The notes beneath the pieces are model-generated. The model was not told the DNA's origin. It searched no databases and saw only the letters and a program-made list of their open reading frames with translations. The position numbers and the translations under genes are program-made. 39,344 bases of DNA from Nemertoderma westbladi (taxonomy: Eukaryota; Animalia; Xenacoelomorpha). The DNA is taken from NCBI GenBank assembly GCA_032718475.1, contig JAUCBJ010006645.1, forward strand, positions 1-39,344, given 5' to 3'. Of the stretch, positions 21,871-34,567 are shown piece by piece. Within the stretch, counting starts at the first letter, position 1; each line of letters begins with the position of its first letter.

Positions 21871-23169
21871 TTAACTCACCTGCCAAATCTCAAGAACAGA
21901 ATCCCTTATCGTCTTGAATTACAGATGCGGAAAGTTTGAATTTTAATAAATTAAAGTCTAAGTAAAAAATGTTATAAAAATAAAAGGGTTTCGGAGATTT
22001 AAACACTGAACCCGGGATTCGTGTACATAAATTTCATTTATTTAATGGGCGTAGTACCTGAGTACTAACCGTGGCCCAAGTGGCTCTAAGTGATGGGTAA
22101 TACCCATATCTGAGGGAATAAGACCCCATGTAGGCCTAGGCCTACTATTTTATTGTTTTCATACTATAATTGATAGACTGACTGTGGTAACTGTAGGCTC
22201 TCCTAACGCCTGTCTCAGTGGGCAGTGGAAAGTATTAAGGAATTGATGTAAAGGTACACAAGGCGATATATTAAATGCTGTCTATGTCAATAATAAAATA
22301 ATAAGATCGATTTGTACAGTATTCAATTTATTTTATTTAGATTACCCAAAGCCTCGTTTAACATTCTCGCCTACTGTACTGTAGTTTAATTAAAATGCCG
22401 CCCCACATTAAAGCATACCAGTTGAACTAATTAAAAACTATAATGAAATGGGGTATTTGGATTACAGCTGTATAATTTTTAAGTATAATTATTTAAATCT
22501 TGTACTGTACTATAAAATGATTAATTTCCTTTAAAAGACAGGCTTGAAAAAACTTTTTTTACCGCAATTAAATAGTAAATATTAACTGCTTTTGTATTAG
22601 CTTCTTGAAGGCCACACGTAAAAAATTCTATAACTTGGAAAATTTCTAAACTTTTGCAAAACAACATGTGTACAGTACCAAGTTTGATTAGATTTCATCA
22701 AGGATTGGCCGAGTTATTATCGTTTAAAATTGGACACGCAGAAAAACAGCGGGTTAATTCCAGTATTATGTCATCATCTGGGTCGAATTTTAAACTCAGT
22801 TAATGGGGAAATTTTGAATGTAATATTGAAGTAATATGTTTTATTTGTAATATGTATGTAATATATATAACTATTTTATAAAACATAAATGTATCGTAAT
22901 CTGGAATATTTTGTTTATTATTTATGTTTATTATATATTTTTATGTACTTATCAGCCTACTGTATGATTCATTTTAATTCAAATTTTCAACCAATGAAGT
23001 CCAGAGGTTTTGTCACATTTGCATCAGGTGTTGCTCATAATGAGTAAAATTGAGTTACGGACTCACAATTATTTTGCGTTACGGACTCACCCAGTATGTA
23101 TCATGGTATTATTCAGTCCTTAGATTTTGTAGTTTTAGTATTTGCATTTCAGTTTTTGGTAGACCTTTA

Positions 23170-23450
23170 ATGAGTCAACAACCAACCCGTAAGTTGCTGA
23201 CTGGTGCTGAGATAGCTCGTCTCTATCGGCAGCGTCTAAAGAGCGACCCTGATAGACATGAAAAAGTTTGTCAGCGGATAGAGAACGTAAAAGAAATTTC
23301 GAGACTCGATGAATGAGGTAAGTACTGTAGTCAGTAAGTTGAATGAAGAACAAAACAGTGAAAGGTCAAACGGTTGCTCAAACAAGTGATTATCTTCGCA
23401 TTCAACTGCGACAATTTTTAATCCATCAATTCACAAAACAACAGCAAAGT
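23170..23450 (+). pseudogene. Remnant of a DNA transposase, Sola2-like
   Basis: MSQQ...TGAEIARLYRQRLKSDP and LRQFLIHQFTKQQQ resemble the N-terminus and H.F.K..Q segment of such transposases; family call from memory. Confidence 0.4.
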
Positions 23451-23859
23451 AGAGATTTGGTCTATTTTGTCCAATGCTGCATGTGCAGTTGGATTCATCA
23501 ATATAGACCAATTCCACCATTGCCAATATCCGAGGGCGAGTCGCCAACCGCCCCCCATGTCCTTAAACATAACCTGTCAGTCTGCATTCGGTGCTCTTGA
23601 ACACCCACTGCACTAAGAGAAAGCTTATCTGCCAAGGCAGTCAGTCATTGGGGACCCGAGTGTTAGGGTGTTTCTTTACTGAGGCTAGTCTAGTGACTTG
23701 CCTCAGATTCACCAATGGCTGTGTTTGTCGGGTCGGGGTGGAACATGAGAGTAGCCTCCAACTCCAGAATCCCTCTCCCCCTCACAATCTGGCCTCGCTG
23801 GTGCCAGAGTCAACAATCTGCAATCCTGCTCACCCCGTGCTCCAGTCCCTTCCGTCAGA

Positions 23860-24260
23860 CATGAATAGGCTTTCCAGGATTTGGAAGTCACCGAGAATTA
23901 ATCGGAAACTTAAGGTCCGATTCTTTAGAGCAGCAGTAGTTCCAGTACTCCTCTATGGGAGTCCATGCTGGGCTCTACCTCTAACTGCCGAGGACACAAA
24001 ATCTCTGGATGGCACATTCACAAGAATGCTACGCCGGGTTCATTGTGTCAAGTACAATGCACACATCTCCAGCCAGACACTACAGTATATAACATTGCAG
24101 GTGTCTCATTGGTTCCCCCAAGCTTGACACTAGAACAACAGAACAAAATCGCCTCCGCTTTGCAGGACATTGCTTTCGCCGTGAGGACCAGCCAGTGCAT
24201 AATCTTGTACTTTGGCAGCCTCATGGAGTGAATAAGCATGGTGGACAGCCCATGACTTAA
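23860..24260 (+). mobile_element. Non-LTR retrotransposon (RTE/RTE-X-like) RT C-terminal fragment, frameshifted
   Basis: LSRIWKS...KLKVRFFRAAVVPVLLYGSPCW...LDGTFTRMLRRV, then in another frame RLRFAGHCFRREDQPVHNLVLWQP. Confidence 0.85.
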
Positions 24261-26676
24261 CGTAAACAACACCAGAACATGTCATTGTTGTAGCTCCTTT
24301 CTCTTAACAACATCATGATATGACACCACAGGACCTAATGATGTAATGCTATTGTCACAAATGTCACATTTTTTTAAAGAAAAATAAATGGATTAGGTTT
24401 TTTGCGTAGGAATAAACAAAATTTCTAAATAGATTTAATATTTCGTCTCAATGGTGTATTATCAATTTTAGGAAAGGATAAGGTAACTGTGGAACGGTAC
24501 ACTGACCAAAACAATTAGTCAATAGAACAGCTCACTGTTTTATTTTTGGGAGTAATAAGCTGTCATTTGGGTCGAAAGTTCCCCCACTCTATCTGCACAA
24601 GCTACAAAATCTAAAAAACATAATTTTCAAAGTTACTACATAGCTCTGGCTATTCCACAGCGAAATTCAGATTATGTTACATATTTGAATTGCATGGACA
24701 GTTTTCCGTCGGTACCAATCAACCACTATAAGGTTGAAGATTTGGGGTAACTGGTAAATAACGCCACAAACCACGGTACTTGTGCCCTTTCGATGCTACA
24801 AAATATATCATATCAATATCATATGTACTGTTGTAATAAAAATTAATTGTCGAATTGATTTATCTTCTAATTTATTATTAGATTTTTTCTATATTTTTCA
24901 CTGAGCATTTAAACTACGTCGTTGTAAAAATCTCAGATAGGGGGGGGGGGGGGGGGGGGGGGGGTGGGCAGTGCCGGATTAACCTTAAGGCATATAAGGC
25001 ACGTGCCTTAGGGCCAGCCGAAAATCCGGGCCATTTTTTTTTGCGATTCATTCCTGTGAAAAAATATTTTTATCTGAAAAGTCCGGAAACAGAGCAAGAA
25101 AGTGCATCTTTCGACTACTTTCTATCCCTAAATTTGTGATAGAAAGTGCAAAATTCTAGCTCAGTCGACCGACAGGTGCTGTGTTATTAGTTCGAGACCT
25201 GATGGCAAGGAAATAATAAAACATGGGCAGTAAATCTTTAAAGTGCTAATTATGAACAGTGGAGAATTTAATTGTATCTATTTGTGGGGAATTATTTGTA
25301 GTTATATGCTCTTAAACTTTCTAGAACAACCAAATAATGACATACTGGAAATACTGTACATAGTAAATGTATGGCGTAGAGATATGGTAGTGCGAAATTA
25401 ATTTTTTTTTACCGGAAACTAGTTTTATAAATATAGGCCCTAATAGATAAAAAAAAAAGGATAAAATAGTTGTACAGTAGATAAAATAGTTGTTGATAAA
25501 ATAAGAGAAATAATTTCAGAAATAATTTCTTGTCACTACTGTAATTTAATTTAACCGAAATTCAGATGTTCTGCCCTCGTGTATTGAATTTTGCGTTCGA
25601 TGGCATTTTAGGTGCAATTCCTGCAAAACCTAAAACTCTCGGACAGCACAATTTAATTGGGGTAAATTAAAATTAACGACAAATAGTGCTTATTTCCGAG
25701 ACTATTCTCTTATAGAAGATCATTACTTTATTAGAGCACAAGCCCACACTTACGGTGTGTTATACTGTATTTCTCAGCATGTCCTGTAAAGATACAGCGA
25801 AACCTACAGCAAATAAATAACAGATTTCCCACGATCCGATCAAAATTGCTAAATTCCTACAGGAGCCTAGTCAGCCTTAAGGGAGCCAACTATAACCCCC
25901 ACAAAAATGAAATTTTCGAAAATTTACACAATTTTTTGTAGTTTGATAGAAGGGCTTTCATAAGGTGATATCGGTTTTCAACAGTGAATTATTTTTTTGC
26001 CTCAAAACTGCCTTTTTCAACAACATAATAATATATTGCTAATATTTATGACTCTCTATATAAAACAACCTTTTTATCAGTTTGTCGATTTTGACTTTTT
26101 TCATCACTAAATTCCCTACTATATACTATTTTATTTTTTACTCAATTGTCATCCAACATACAAAATGTTCAGCAGCTTTAGGACTACTATCGTTGGTTTT
26201 GTAAAACATGGCCATTTGGATCTTCCAGAACCGATTTTGTAACTGCTACACTTTGTCTATCACAAAATATTTATTCTCAAAATATAGCCCGGAAATACTA
26301 AATCCCCCCTAAATATTTCAACATCAATAATTTTGTGCTAAAATTATCATAGAAGATAGCCTACATTTTTAGGTCTATTTTACCAAAGCCTTGGACCAAG
26401 AACTTCAATGCAGGGTATTACAGATCCTTAAACATGAGCTAATTTACATAGAAATGCCACAAATTTATAGAATTTTTGAAAAAACCGAACTGTTCCAGAA
26501 AGTTCCATATTTTTCGAACAAACAATTTATAAAACTACAGTATCTATACTCAGTTTTAATAGTATATATAAGATCACATATAATTGTATTAAAGTTTCAG
26601 AATAGTAGCTTTATGAATAAAACAAATAGATTTGGGGTAATGGTCCCATTAATATTATATTAAAATATTAATTACC

Positions 26677-27300
26677 TGTCAGTTGTTCTGTATATTTTAT
26701 CATCAGTTGCTCTGTATATTTTATCAGTCAGTTGTTCCATATATTTTACCAGTCAGTTGCTCCGTATATTTTATCAGTCAGTTGTTCCGTATATTTTATC
26801 AGTCAGTTGTTCCGTATATTTTATCAGTCAGCTGTTCCGTATATTTTATCATCAGTTGTTCCGTATATTTTATCAGTCAGTTGTTCTGTATATTTTATCA
26901 GTCAGTTACTCCGTATATTTTATCAGTTGTAAGTAATTAATAAGTCGGTTGAACGGTATATTTTATCATCAGTTGTTCCTTATATTTTATCAGTCAGTTG
27001 TTCCGTATATTTTAACGGTCAGTTGTTCCATATATTTTACCAGTCAGTTGTTCCGTATATTTTATCATCAGTTGTTCCGTATATTTTACCAGCCAGTTGT
27101 TCCGTATATTTTATCAGTCCGTTGTTCCGCATATTTTATCAGCCAGTTGTTCCGTATATTTTATCAGTCAGTTGTTCTGTATATTTTACCAGTCAGTTGT
27201 TCCGTATATTTTATCAGTCAGTTGCTCCGTATATTTTATCATCAGTTGTTCCGTATATTTTACCAGTCAGTTTCATTTGTTCCGCATATTTTATCAGTCA
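26677..27300. repeat. Minisatellite, ~25-bp unit CAGTCAGTTGTTCCGTATATTTTAT with shorter variants
   Basis: Over 20 tandem units; the overlapping ORFs are repeat artefacts. Confidence 0.95.
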
Positions 27301-27488
27301 GAGTTATTCCACATATTGCAACATCGACATCGAATATTCCTTATATGTTGTGCTATATTTGAAAATATTCATATGTATGAATAAATACGTCTTCAATTTC
27401 AATATATTAAAAATTAAAGCTTGAGAAGTTCTACCAAAACCATTACACATTTTATAGCAAAGGTTTTATAGGCATAATATGCCGTTTA

Positions 27489-27718
27489 GTAATGTTAAAA
27501 ATTCTTGATGAAAACTATTTTTGCGAAGTACTTATTATTAAAGTACTTAGTACTTGTTTGCACGCAGTAATCCGACGAAAATACTTTATATTTCCTTCGC
27601 AACGTAATGTTAAAAATTCTTGATGAAAACTATTTTTGCGAAGTACTTATTATTAAAGTACTTAGTACTTATTTGCACGCAGTAATCCGACGAAAATACT
27701 TTATATTTCCTTCGCAAC
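27489..27718. repeat. 115-bp tandem duplication, near identical
   Basis: GTAATGTTAAAAATTCTTGATG... at 27489 and 27604. Confidence 0.93.
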
Positions 27719-28334
27719 ATTTTCACAATTTCAGTTGTTTTTAGCAGCTATTTCTTTTAAAAGGGTTTGCGGAAAAATATAAATTTTCGGGCCATTTTTG
27801 GAAATTACTAAAATGAGCCTTAGGGCCACCAGAGGCTTAATCCGGCACTGGGGGTGGGGGAAATGGACGCAATAAAAATGCATCACTCTCCAGGGGAAAT
27901 TGGACGCAAATAACAGCTGATTACTCTAAAAAATAAAACTGTTACCTGTTCTATTGTTCTTAGTATATTGTTTTGGTTAAAATAAGGCAGTGATTTTTTA
28001 TGTCCTTTTATTTGACTTTTTTTGTCATTTTTTTTTACGAATTATGCATAATGACTTTTGTTGTCCTTTTAATGACTTTTATTGTCCTTTTAATGACTTT
28101 TTATGTATGTATTTCTACAAACTGTCAGACTGCTGATTTCTGGACTGTCAGACAGTTGATTTCACTATGCCTGTGCCAAAACATTCCATGATTCCATGAT
28201 TTATAGACTATGAGATAGATTTCCATATGCGCCTGTGGTAAAAAGACTCTATTTTTATTAGTTTGTGGTTGTTGTCGATAATCGATTACCACATGACGTA
28301 GCAAAACACTCATTTTATAGCCAAAAACAATTAC

Positions 28335-28950
28335 CAATTGATGGAAAGGAGCAGGTTAATGCCGAGTTTTCTAACCAAAACAATAAACAGTCACTTTACC
28401 AAATCAGGGAAAGGAGCAGGTTTACAGAGACGGGATTTTCTAACCAAAACAATAAACGATCACTTAACTAATTGAGGGAAAGGGGCAGGTTACAGAGGCG
28501 GGATTTTCTAACCAAAACAATAAACGATCACTTAACTTATTGAGGGAAAGGAGCAGGTTACAGAGGCGGGATTTTCTAACCAAAACAATAAACGATCATT
28601 TAACTAATTGAGGGAAAGGGACAGGTTACAGAGGCGGAATTTTCTAACCAAAACAATAAACGATCATTTAACTAATTGAGGGAAAGGGGCAGGTTACCGA
28701 GGCGGGATTTTCTAACCAAAACAATAAACGATCATTTAACTAATTGAGGGAAAAGAGCAGGTTACAGAGACGGGATTTTCTAACCAAAACAATAAACAAT
28801 AACATTACCAATTGAGAGAAAGGAGCAGGTTACAGAGGCGGGATTTTCTAACCAAAACAATAAACGATACCATTACCAATTGAGGGAAAGGAGCAGGTTA
28901 CAGAGGCGGGACTATCTAACCAAAACAATAAACGATCATTTCACTAATTG
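28335..28950. repeat. 68-bp tandem satellite (~9 units), resuming at 29348-29377
   Basis: CTAACCAAAACAATAAAC at 28371, 28440, 28508, 28576 and onward, with GAAAGGAGCAGGTTACAGAGGCGGG. Confidence 0.95.
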
Positions 28951-29338
28951 GGGGCCGTCCAAGTATGACGTCTGCACTTTTCCCCAAAATGTTGACCCCC
29001 TCCCTCCCCTAAATCAGATGTCATCAGATAGGCGTTGACCTGACCCCCCCCCCCCCCCCCCCCCCCTCCCCTAAATCAGATTAAAAAAATTTTCGCGTCC
29101 TAATCACTGAAACATGGTGACTGGTAACTGAAACAGAAGGTCGTGCTACGGGCCTTCGAACAATTAAAATAGGCAAGCTATTTACTCTTCTGCTATATCT
29201 CTTCTAGCACCTATAAATGAACATGCTGACGTCAGATTTTGGCTGACCCCCTCCCCTCCCCTTATCAGCACGTCATCAGATTTTCCCAACCCCCCTCCCC
29301 CCCCCCCTAAAGTGCTGACGTCATACTTGGACGACCCC
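28951..29338. mobile_element. MITE (388 bp; Zator/Sola2-type GGGG termini) inserted in the 68-bp satellite
   Basis: TIR GGGGCCGTCCAAGTATGACGTC.GCACTTT / AAAGTGCTGACGTCATACTTGGACGACCCC; TTG on both flanks; superfamily uncertain. Confidence 0.85.
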
Positions 29339-30670
29339 TTGACTGCTTGAGGGAAAGGGGCAGGTTACAGAGGCGGGCCTTCTGTGCTGTTGGAAGTAGT
29401 GGTGCCGCTATCCGTAACACTACTCAGACAGTAGTCATGATCCATTATTGATTATAAAACTAATACAGAGTAATAGGCCTAAATTATGTGAAAGGTATAT
29501 CCACATTTTCCACAATCCTGCAATCCAGTTTGGCCTATCAATTATTTAAAATTTATTAGCACAACCGGTCACCGGTAGGCCTACCATTACCGTATTTAAA
29601 TGGTAGGCTACACAGTAGGCCTATAGCAGTACCGGTGCCTGTACCGGTACTAAAATACAGAAATACCTGCTTTATACCTACATCTGTACATACAATACAG
29701 CAAAATAGTGCTATATATACTAATACCGGTACTGATAGCCTGAGAGAACAGCAGTAGAGAAACCGGTAGCATGGAACCTAACATTAGACTTTTGGAGGAC
29801 ATAAAAAAAAAAGGACAAAAAAAGGATTTAAACGGACAATAAAAATTATTGCGTTAAAATAACGTGCCACTGTAACCTGCTCCTTTCCCTAAAATTGAGA
29901 ATTTAACAATGAAGCGCGATATTAATTCGCCAAGGCGGGTTTTGCGTCGAGTTTCCCCCCCTGTCTCAAAAATCTGCTGCGCCCCCACTGGCCCTGCGCC
30001 CCCCTGGAGTGCAGGGGTCGCAGGGGTGGCTGTGACGCCCCTGGTCACAGGACTGGAATCTAACGACGCTAATTATACTCATACTACTGTAGTACCGGTA
30101 CTACTGTACTAGTCAGTTAAATGTGCAGGTTTACCGCAATACATAATAAATGTTAAAGAATTAGCGAATTGCAAAGTAATCTTATAACAATACCGGTAAC
30201 ATTTTTGTTTTCTTTATTTGATTATATTTTACTACCGGTCAGCCTGTGTAGTAGATTTATCAATGTGCATAATTCGTAATATTTCAGTATTTTTTGCTAT
30301 CCTCTCCTTTACAGTTTTGATATACACAATCTCACATCGGTTCGCTGCAGTTTTGGTCTTGTTACTTTGGGGACCGTTGATTCAACCGTTTTGTCATTCT
30401 GTAAAGTGGTCGTTTATTGTTTTGGTTAGAAAAGCCTCCTCTGTAACATGCTGCTTTTCCTCATTCGGTTTATGACCTGATGACGTGTGTTACATGAAAA
30501 AAAATTGTAATTTAAAGTGTTTCATAAAATAAGCGGTATATACAGATATATAAAAGTGTTTCATACAACGCTCCCCAAAGTAATTATACCAACAGTTTTA
30601 ATTATTGAGTTCCAGATTAACTAACTAGTTCCCAGCCTTGCCCAGCCCATTGATCACTTTTCAGTTGATA

Positions 30671-32215
30671 ATGGAACGAGAGAGGAACCAATTTCTCTCT
30701 TTGGGAGTGAGTAAATGGATCGTTGATCAGTTAAACACTATGAGTATTTCTTCTCCAACGTCTGTACAAACCGCCTGCATCCCTCCTAGTCTCTCCGGGA
30801 GAGACGTACTGGCGAGTTCGCGTACCGGTACGGGTAAGACTCTCTCTTTCGCGATCCCCATACTACAATCGATCGGATCCGACCCATTCGGGATTCATTC
30901 GCTCGTTGTAACTCCAACGCGGGAACTCGCCGTCCAGATAGCGGACCAGTTCCGCTACCTAGGGGCTCCTCTCAACCTCCGCATCAGCCTCCTCATCGGC
31001 GGACTCAGCATGCAGGACCAGAGCGCCTCCTTGTCGTTAAGACCCCATGTCGTTATAGCAACACCCGGTAGAATAGCCGACCACATTCGCTCCACCAGCG
31101 GTCTTTCCTTCAAACGATTGAAATATTTTGTTCTCGACGAAGCCGACCGTCTGCTCAACGAGAGTTTCGTCGACGCACTCTCCGCTGTGTTTGAGGCGAT
31201 TCCGACTGCGAGACAAACTCTCGTGTACACTGCCACGCTCTCGGGGAGTGTGGAACGCTTAATCGAGGTTGCTAAGGGCGACCCGTTTCTGTGGCAACAA
31301 CAGGAGACTGGAAGCGACACCTCGGTGGCTACGGTAGCAGGACTCGAACAGAAATACATTCTGACTCCCGCGATTGTTAAAGATGCCTATTTGGTTCACA
31401 TCCTTGATAAACTGAGGGAGGAACATCCTGACCATTCCGTGCTCATATTCACTAAATCCTGTCGCCAATGTCATGTCATCCATCTTATGCTCCGGCAGTT
31501 TAATTTCTCGTGCGTCCCGCTGCACTCGCTACTGCCGCAACGGGAGCGGTTGAACTCGCTGTCGCGATTTAAGGCGGGTTCCGCTCGGGTTCTAGTGGCC
31601 ACGGACGTCGCTAGTCGTGGGTTGGACATCCCCGCGGTTCATTTGGTCGTCAACCACAACGTACCTCGCGTCGCTAAGGATTACGTACATCGCGTTGGTA
31701 GGACTGCACGGGCGGGGCGGCCCGGGTACGCTGTATCCTTGGTAACACAGTACGACGTGGCCTTGGTTCTCGCTATAGAGAAATACGTCGGGGTGAAGCT
31801 GAAGGAGGTGAATGTTGATGAAGCGGTCCTGGAGCACGTGGTCGAAGTCAATGTGGCGAGGAGGGAAGCCGATATTAAGTGGAATCAGTTAGATTTATTT
31901 AAGAGACGCGATGTTTACAGGGAGATTGACGGGGAACGAGGAGAGCATGGGTTTCGGCTCGGGGATAGAGGCTATCGGAAGCCAGTAAAGTCCAACGAAA
32001 AGATTGTAGGTAAAATGGGAAAGTCTATGAAAAATTATAGTAATAATAAAAGCAATAGGGGAGTTGGTACTATTAATAGTTCTAGAATAGTTGGAAAACC
32101 GACTAAAGATAATACTAGTTCTAGAACTAATAGTAAACAACGTGCACGGCGTAGATTGAAAGACAAGCTGGGATTATCTTCCAAAGGGCGAAGGAAGAAC
32201 TGGAATTATTTGTAA
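30671..32215 (+). CDS. DDX49: DEAD-box RNA helicase DDX49/DBP8, uninterrupted CDS with basic C-terminal tail
   Basis: Q motif PTSVQ, RTGTGKT, PTRELAVQI, ATPGR, DEAD, TAT, ATDVASRGLDIP, HRVGRTARAG; DPFGI and KDAYLV are typical of DDX49; first ATG at 30671. Confidence 0.9.
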   Translation: MERERNQFLSLGVSKWIVDQLNTMSISSPTSVQTACIPPSLSGRDVLASSRTGTGKTLSFAIPILQSIGSDPFGIHSLVVTPTRELAVQIADQFRYLGAPLNLRISLLIGGLSMQDQSASLSLRPHVVIATPGRIADHIRSTSGLSFKRLKYFVLDEADRLLNESFVDALSAVFEAIPTARQTLVYTATLSGSVERLIEVAKGDPFLWQQQETGSDTSVATVAGLEQKYILTPAIVKDAYLVHILDKLREEHPDHSVLIFTKSCRQCHVIHLMLRQFNFSCVPLHSLLPQRERLNSLSRFKAGSARVLVATDVASRGLDIPAVHLVVNHNVPRVAKDYVHRVGRTARAGRPGYAVSLVTQYDVALVLAIEKYVGVKLKEVNVDEAVLEHVVEVNVARREADIKWNQLDLFKRRDVYREIDGERGEHGFRLGDRGYRKPVKSNEKIVGKMGKSMKNYSNNKSNRGVGTINSSRIVGKPTKDNTSSRTNSKQRARRRLKDKLGLSSKGRRKNWNYL

Positions 32216-32824
32216 TAGAGGAAGTTTTTCCATATTGGTTTTACTTTTGACCTTCGGTGAATTTATTACATTAATATATAACTAAAGTCTATTAAACCAT
32301 GACCCTTATGTAATATAGTGTCATTTTCTAATGACACGGAACCCCCCCCTCCCCCCCAAAAAAATTTTTTCTACAAATCTTTATCATATTGCTGGAAATT
32401 TGAAACACAAATAGTTTAACTCACCGTGGTTGTTACCATGAAGCCGGAATTTTCGATTGTTGTTTTCAATTTTCAAAGTTTCTAAATTTTCAAAATTTTC
32501 AATTTTCGAACCCTCCGTTTCGCCGCCATTCTTCACATTAGTCGTAAGTAATTTTAATATCATTGGAAAGCTCGCGTTGCGTTGCAACGGATTTCAAATA
32601 TGTAATCAATGTTTGAATTTCGTTTAGAAACAGCTGAGAGTTGTTCAATTCAATGATTGCAAGAATTATTGATACACATAATGTTCTGGAACATTTTGTA
32701 TATGTTAGTATGAATGTAGATTTTGTATAGGCATACCACGCCATGGGCATAACATAATATATTAAAATATAAAATATATTCATTCATTATATCTTTATTC
32801 GGTTACATCCCCCATGCTAGAATA

Positions 32825-33747
32825 CCTCGATCAGCTGATATAGCTGATACTCATACTTTTTGGTATTTTCTTATTCCTGAAGGGTAAAATACTAATATTT
32901 CAAAGTTGTGTTATTGTTGTGTCATATAATATATCAAATTGAAGAAGAAAGGCTGAGCAATACGATGCTTTGTGTCAGTTTTGTTTGTTATGCTTGGAAT
33001 TTCGCATGTTAGGCCCATCCCTTTAATTACCCTTAAATATTCCACCTATCTTTGCCGTGTTTTACTTAAAAAAACTCAGTCTTATTCCTATTTATAATTA
33101 GGAGAGATATAGATCGGAAAACTGATTAACAAATTTCTGATATCAAACTCTAGGAGCATTGTACATTCAGAGTTTTTATGTTTAGCTTGTGTTTTGGTGG
33201 CTGTTTCACGGGGCCTACAATTCGCTTTACTTCACTGAAACTCGTTGTAACTGGCTGCAAGGGTTTCCTGGACGAAGTTCCGAATGGGACGAAGGTTTAA
33301 AAAAAAGCGCCCGTGATGACCACTGACCACTTTCGGACCTTCGTCTCATTCGGACCGTCGATACATACCCCTCTGCGTGGCGATCATGTGGCTAGATGGT
33401 GTCGGTGTGTAGAGGAAGGATGACTCACTAGGAGATAAAGCGTAGTAAAGTGAATTATTATGTTTCCGCAACATTGTTCTAGCTTGTTATATTTTAATTG
33501 TTTTGGTTAGAATAGCGTGCCCTTGAGCCTGCTGCTGAAGATGGGATTGGCGTCAAGTTCCCCCCTTGTCTAGCAATCAAAACTGAATCTATTGGGGCTG
33601 ATGCAGCTCGTGGTCCGAACAGATAATTTATTTTTAATTACCATTGTTGTGCATTGAAAATACACTTCTTACACGCATTTTCATCTCTACTTTCTTCAAT
33701 AATGTCAAATAATAAATATCAAACTTCTTTGATCAGCTGATCGAGGG
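32825..33747. mobile_element. Degenerate TIR element (possibly piggyBac-like) with a small nested inverted-repeat element at ~33261-33370
   Basis: CCTCGATCAGCTGAT at 32825 and ATCAGCTGATCGAGG at 33732; no clean TSD. Confidence 0.45.
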
Positions 33748-33893
33748 GGTGAGCACTGAGCACTGAGCAGGCCTTGTATTACGATGGCCTTGGTTTTACA
33801 AGGCCTGCTCACCCCCTCGAAGTCCTACTTATTTTTGAATAATATAATAGCTACCCATGTATTTCATTTAATATTCCGATATGAATGTTAGTA

Positions 33894-34458
33894 GGGTCGC
33901 TTAAGGTGAAAATCGTTAATTGCCGGACAAAAGTATGAAAATGTCACTATATACAGTATGTAAAATTATGTAAAGATTGTTAGTAGTTATATTGGCGCTG
34001 TGGTGCACGTTTCCATAGTAACAGAAGGTGATTTTTAAAAATATATTGCACTTTTGGCTTTATGAGGATAATGTGTTGTTTATACAGTCGCAAGACATGA
34101 TTGATATACAGTATGTTTAACAATCTATAAAAACTACTTGGAACAATTTTTACTATTTCGCTTGCAAGGTGCAGATTTATTAATTTTAGTTCAGTCATAT
34201 AAGGCAGACAAAGGTGGCCACAAGTCTGAATTGAATTGTTTATTTTAATCCCTGTAAAATGGAATACTTAATCGACAATATGTACCGTGACTTAATCACT
34301 GAAATCAATAAATAAACAGTAAAAGAGACTAATTACAGTACTTATAGAGGGAAATACAATCATTTATCAATTTTTTAACATATAGGGCCTATAGGGACAT
34401 TTTCATGCTTTTGTCCGGCAATTAACGATTTTGCCATATTTTACCCTTAAGCGACTAT
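33894..34458. mobile_element. MITE with ~55-bp imperfect TIRs
   Basis: GTCGCTTAAGG...AAAATCGTTAATTGCCGGACAAAAG.ATGAAAATGTC.CTATA mirrored at 34390-34455. Confidence 0.8.
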
Positions 34459-34567
34459 GTAGGCCTAGTGTGATTTATTATTTATTAACATTACTAATAC
34501 TAATTACTATTATTACTGTTAGGAAACAATAATGGTCCAGAATTAAGGAGATAATTAGATGGCCTTA

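Larger units (their letters stand above)
24969..27850. mobile_element. Non-autonomous hAT-like element (2882 bp) inserted in the G-run of the host TIR
   Basis: Perfect 14-bp TIR CAGTGCCGGATTAA / TTAATCCGGCACTG; 8-bp TSD GGGGTGGG at 24961-24968 and 27851-27858. Confidence 0.92.
24934..29967. mobile_element. Non-autonomous TIR element (8-bp TSD) hosting nested insertions and a 68-bp satellite
   Basis: TSD AAAAATCT at 24926-24933 and 29968-29975; left end CAGATAG(G)n...GGAAATGGACGCAA (interrupted by the hAT insertion) mirrors right end TTGCGTCGAGTTTCCCCCCCTGTCTC. Confidence 0.75.

Noticed and set aside
25878-26652. TTAA-flanked Kolobok-like MITE inside the hAT element
   Set aside because: The putative TIRs (GGGAGCC...ACCCC vs TGGGACCATTACCCC) match too poorly to call.
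26677-28950. CRISPR-like arrays or repeat-protein ORFs
   Set aside because: Head-to-tail units without unique spacers, eukaryotic context and no cas genes; the ORFs are repeat artefacts.
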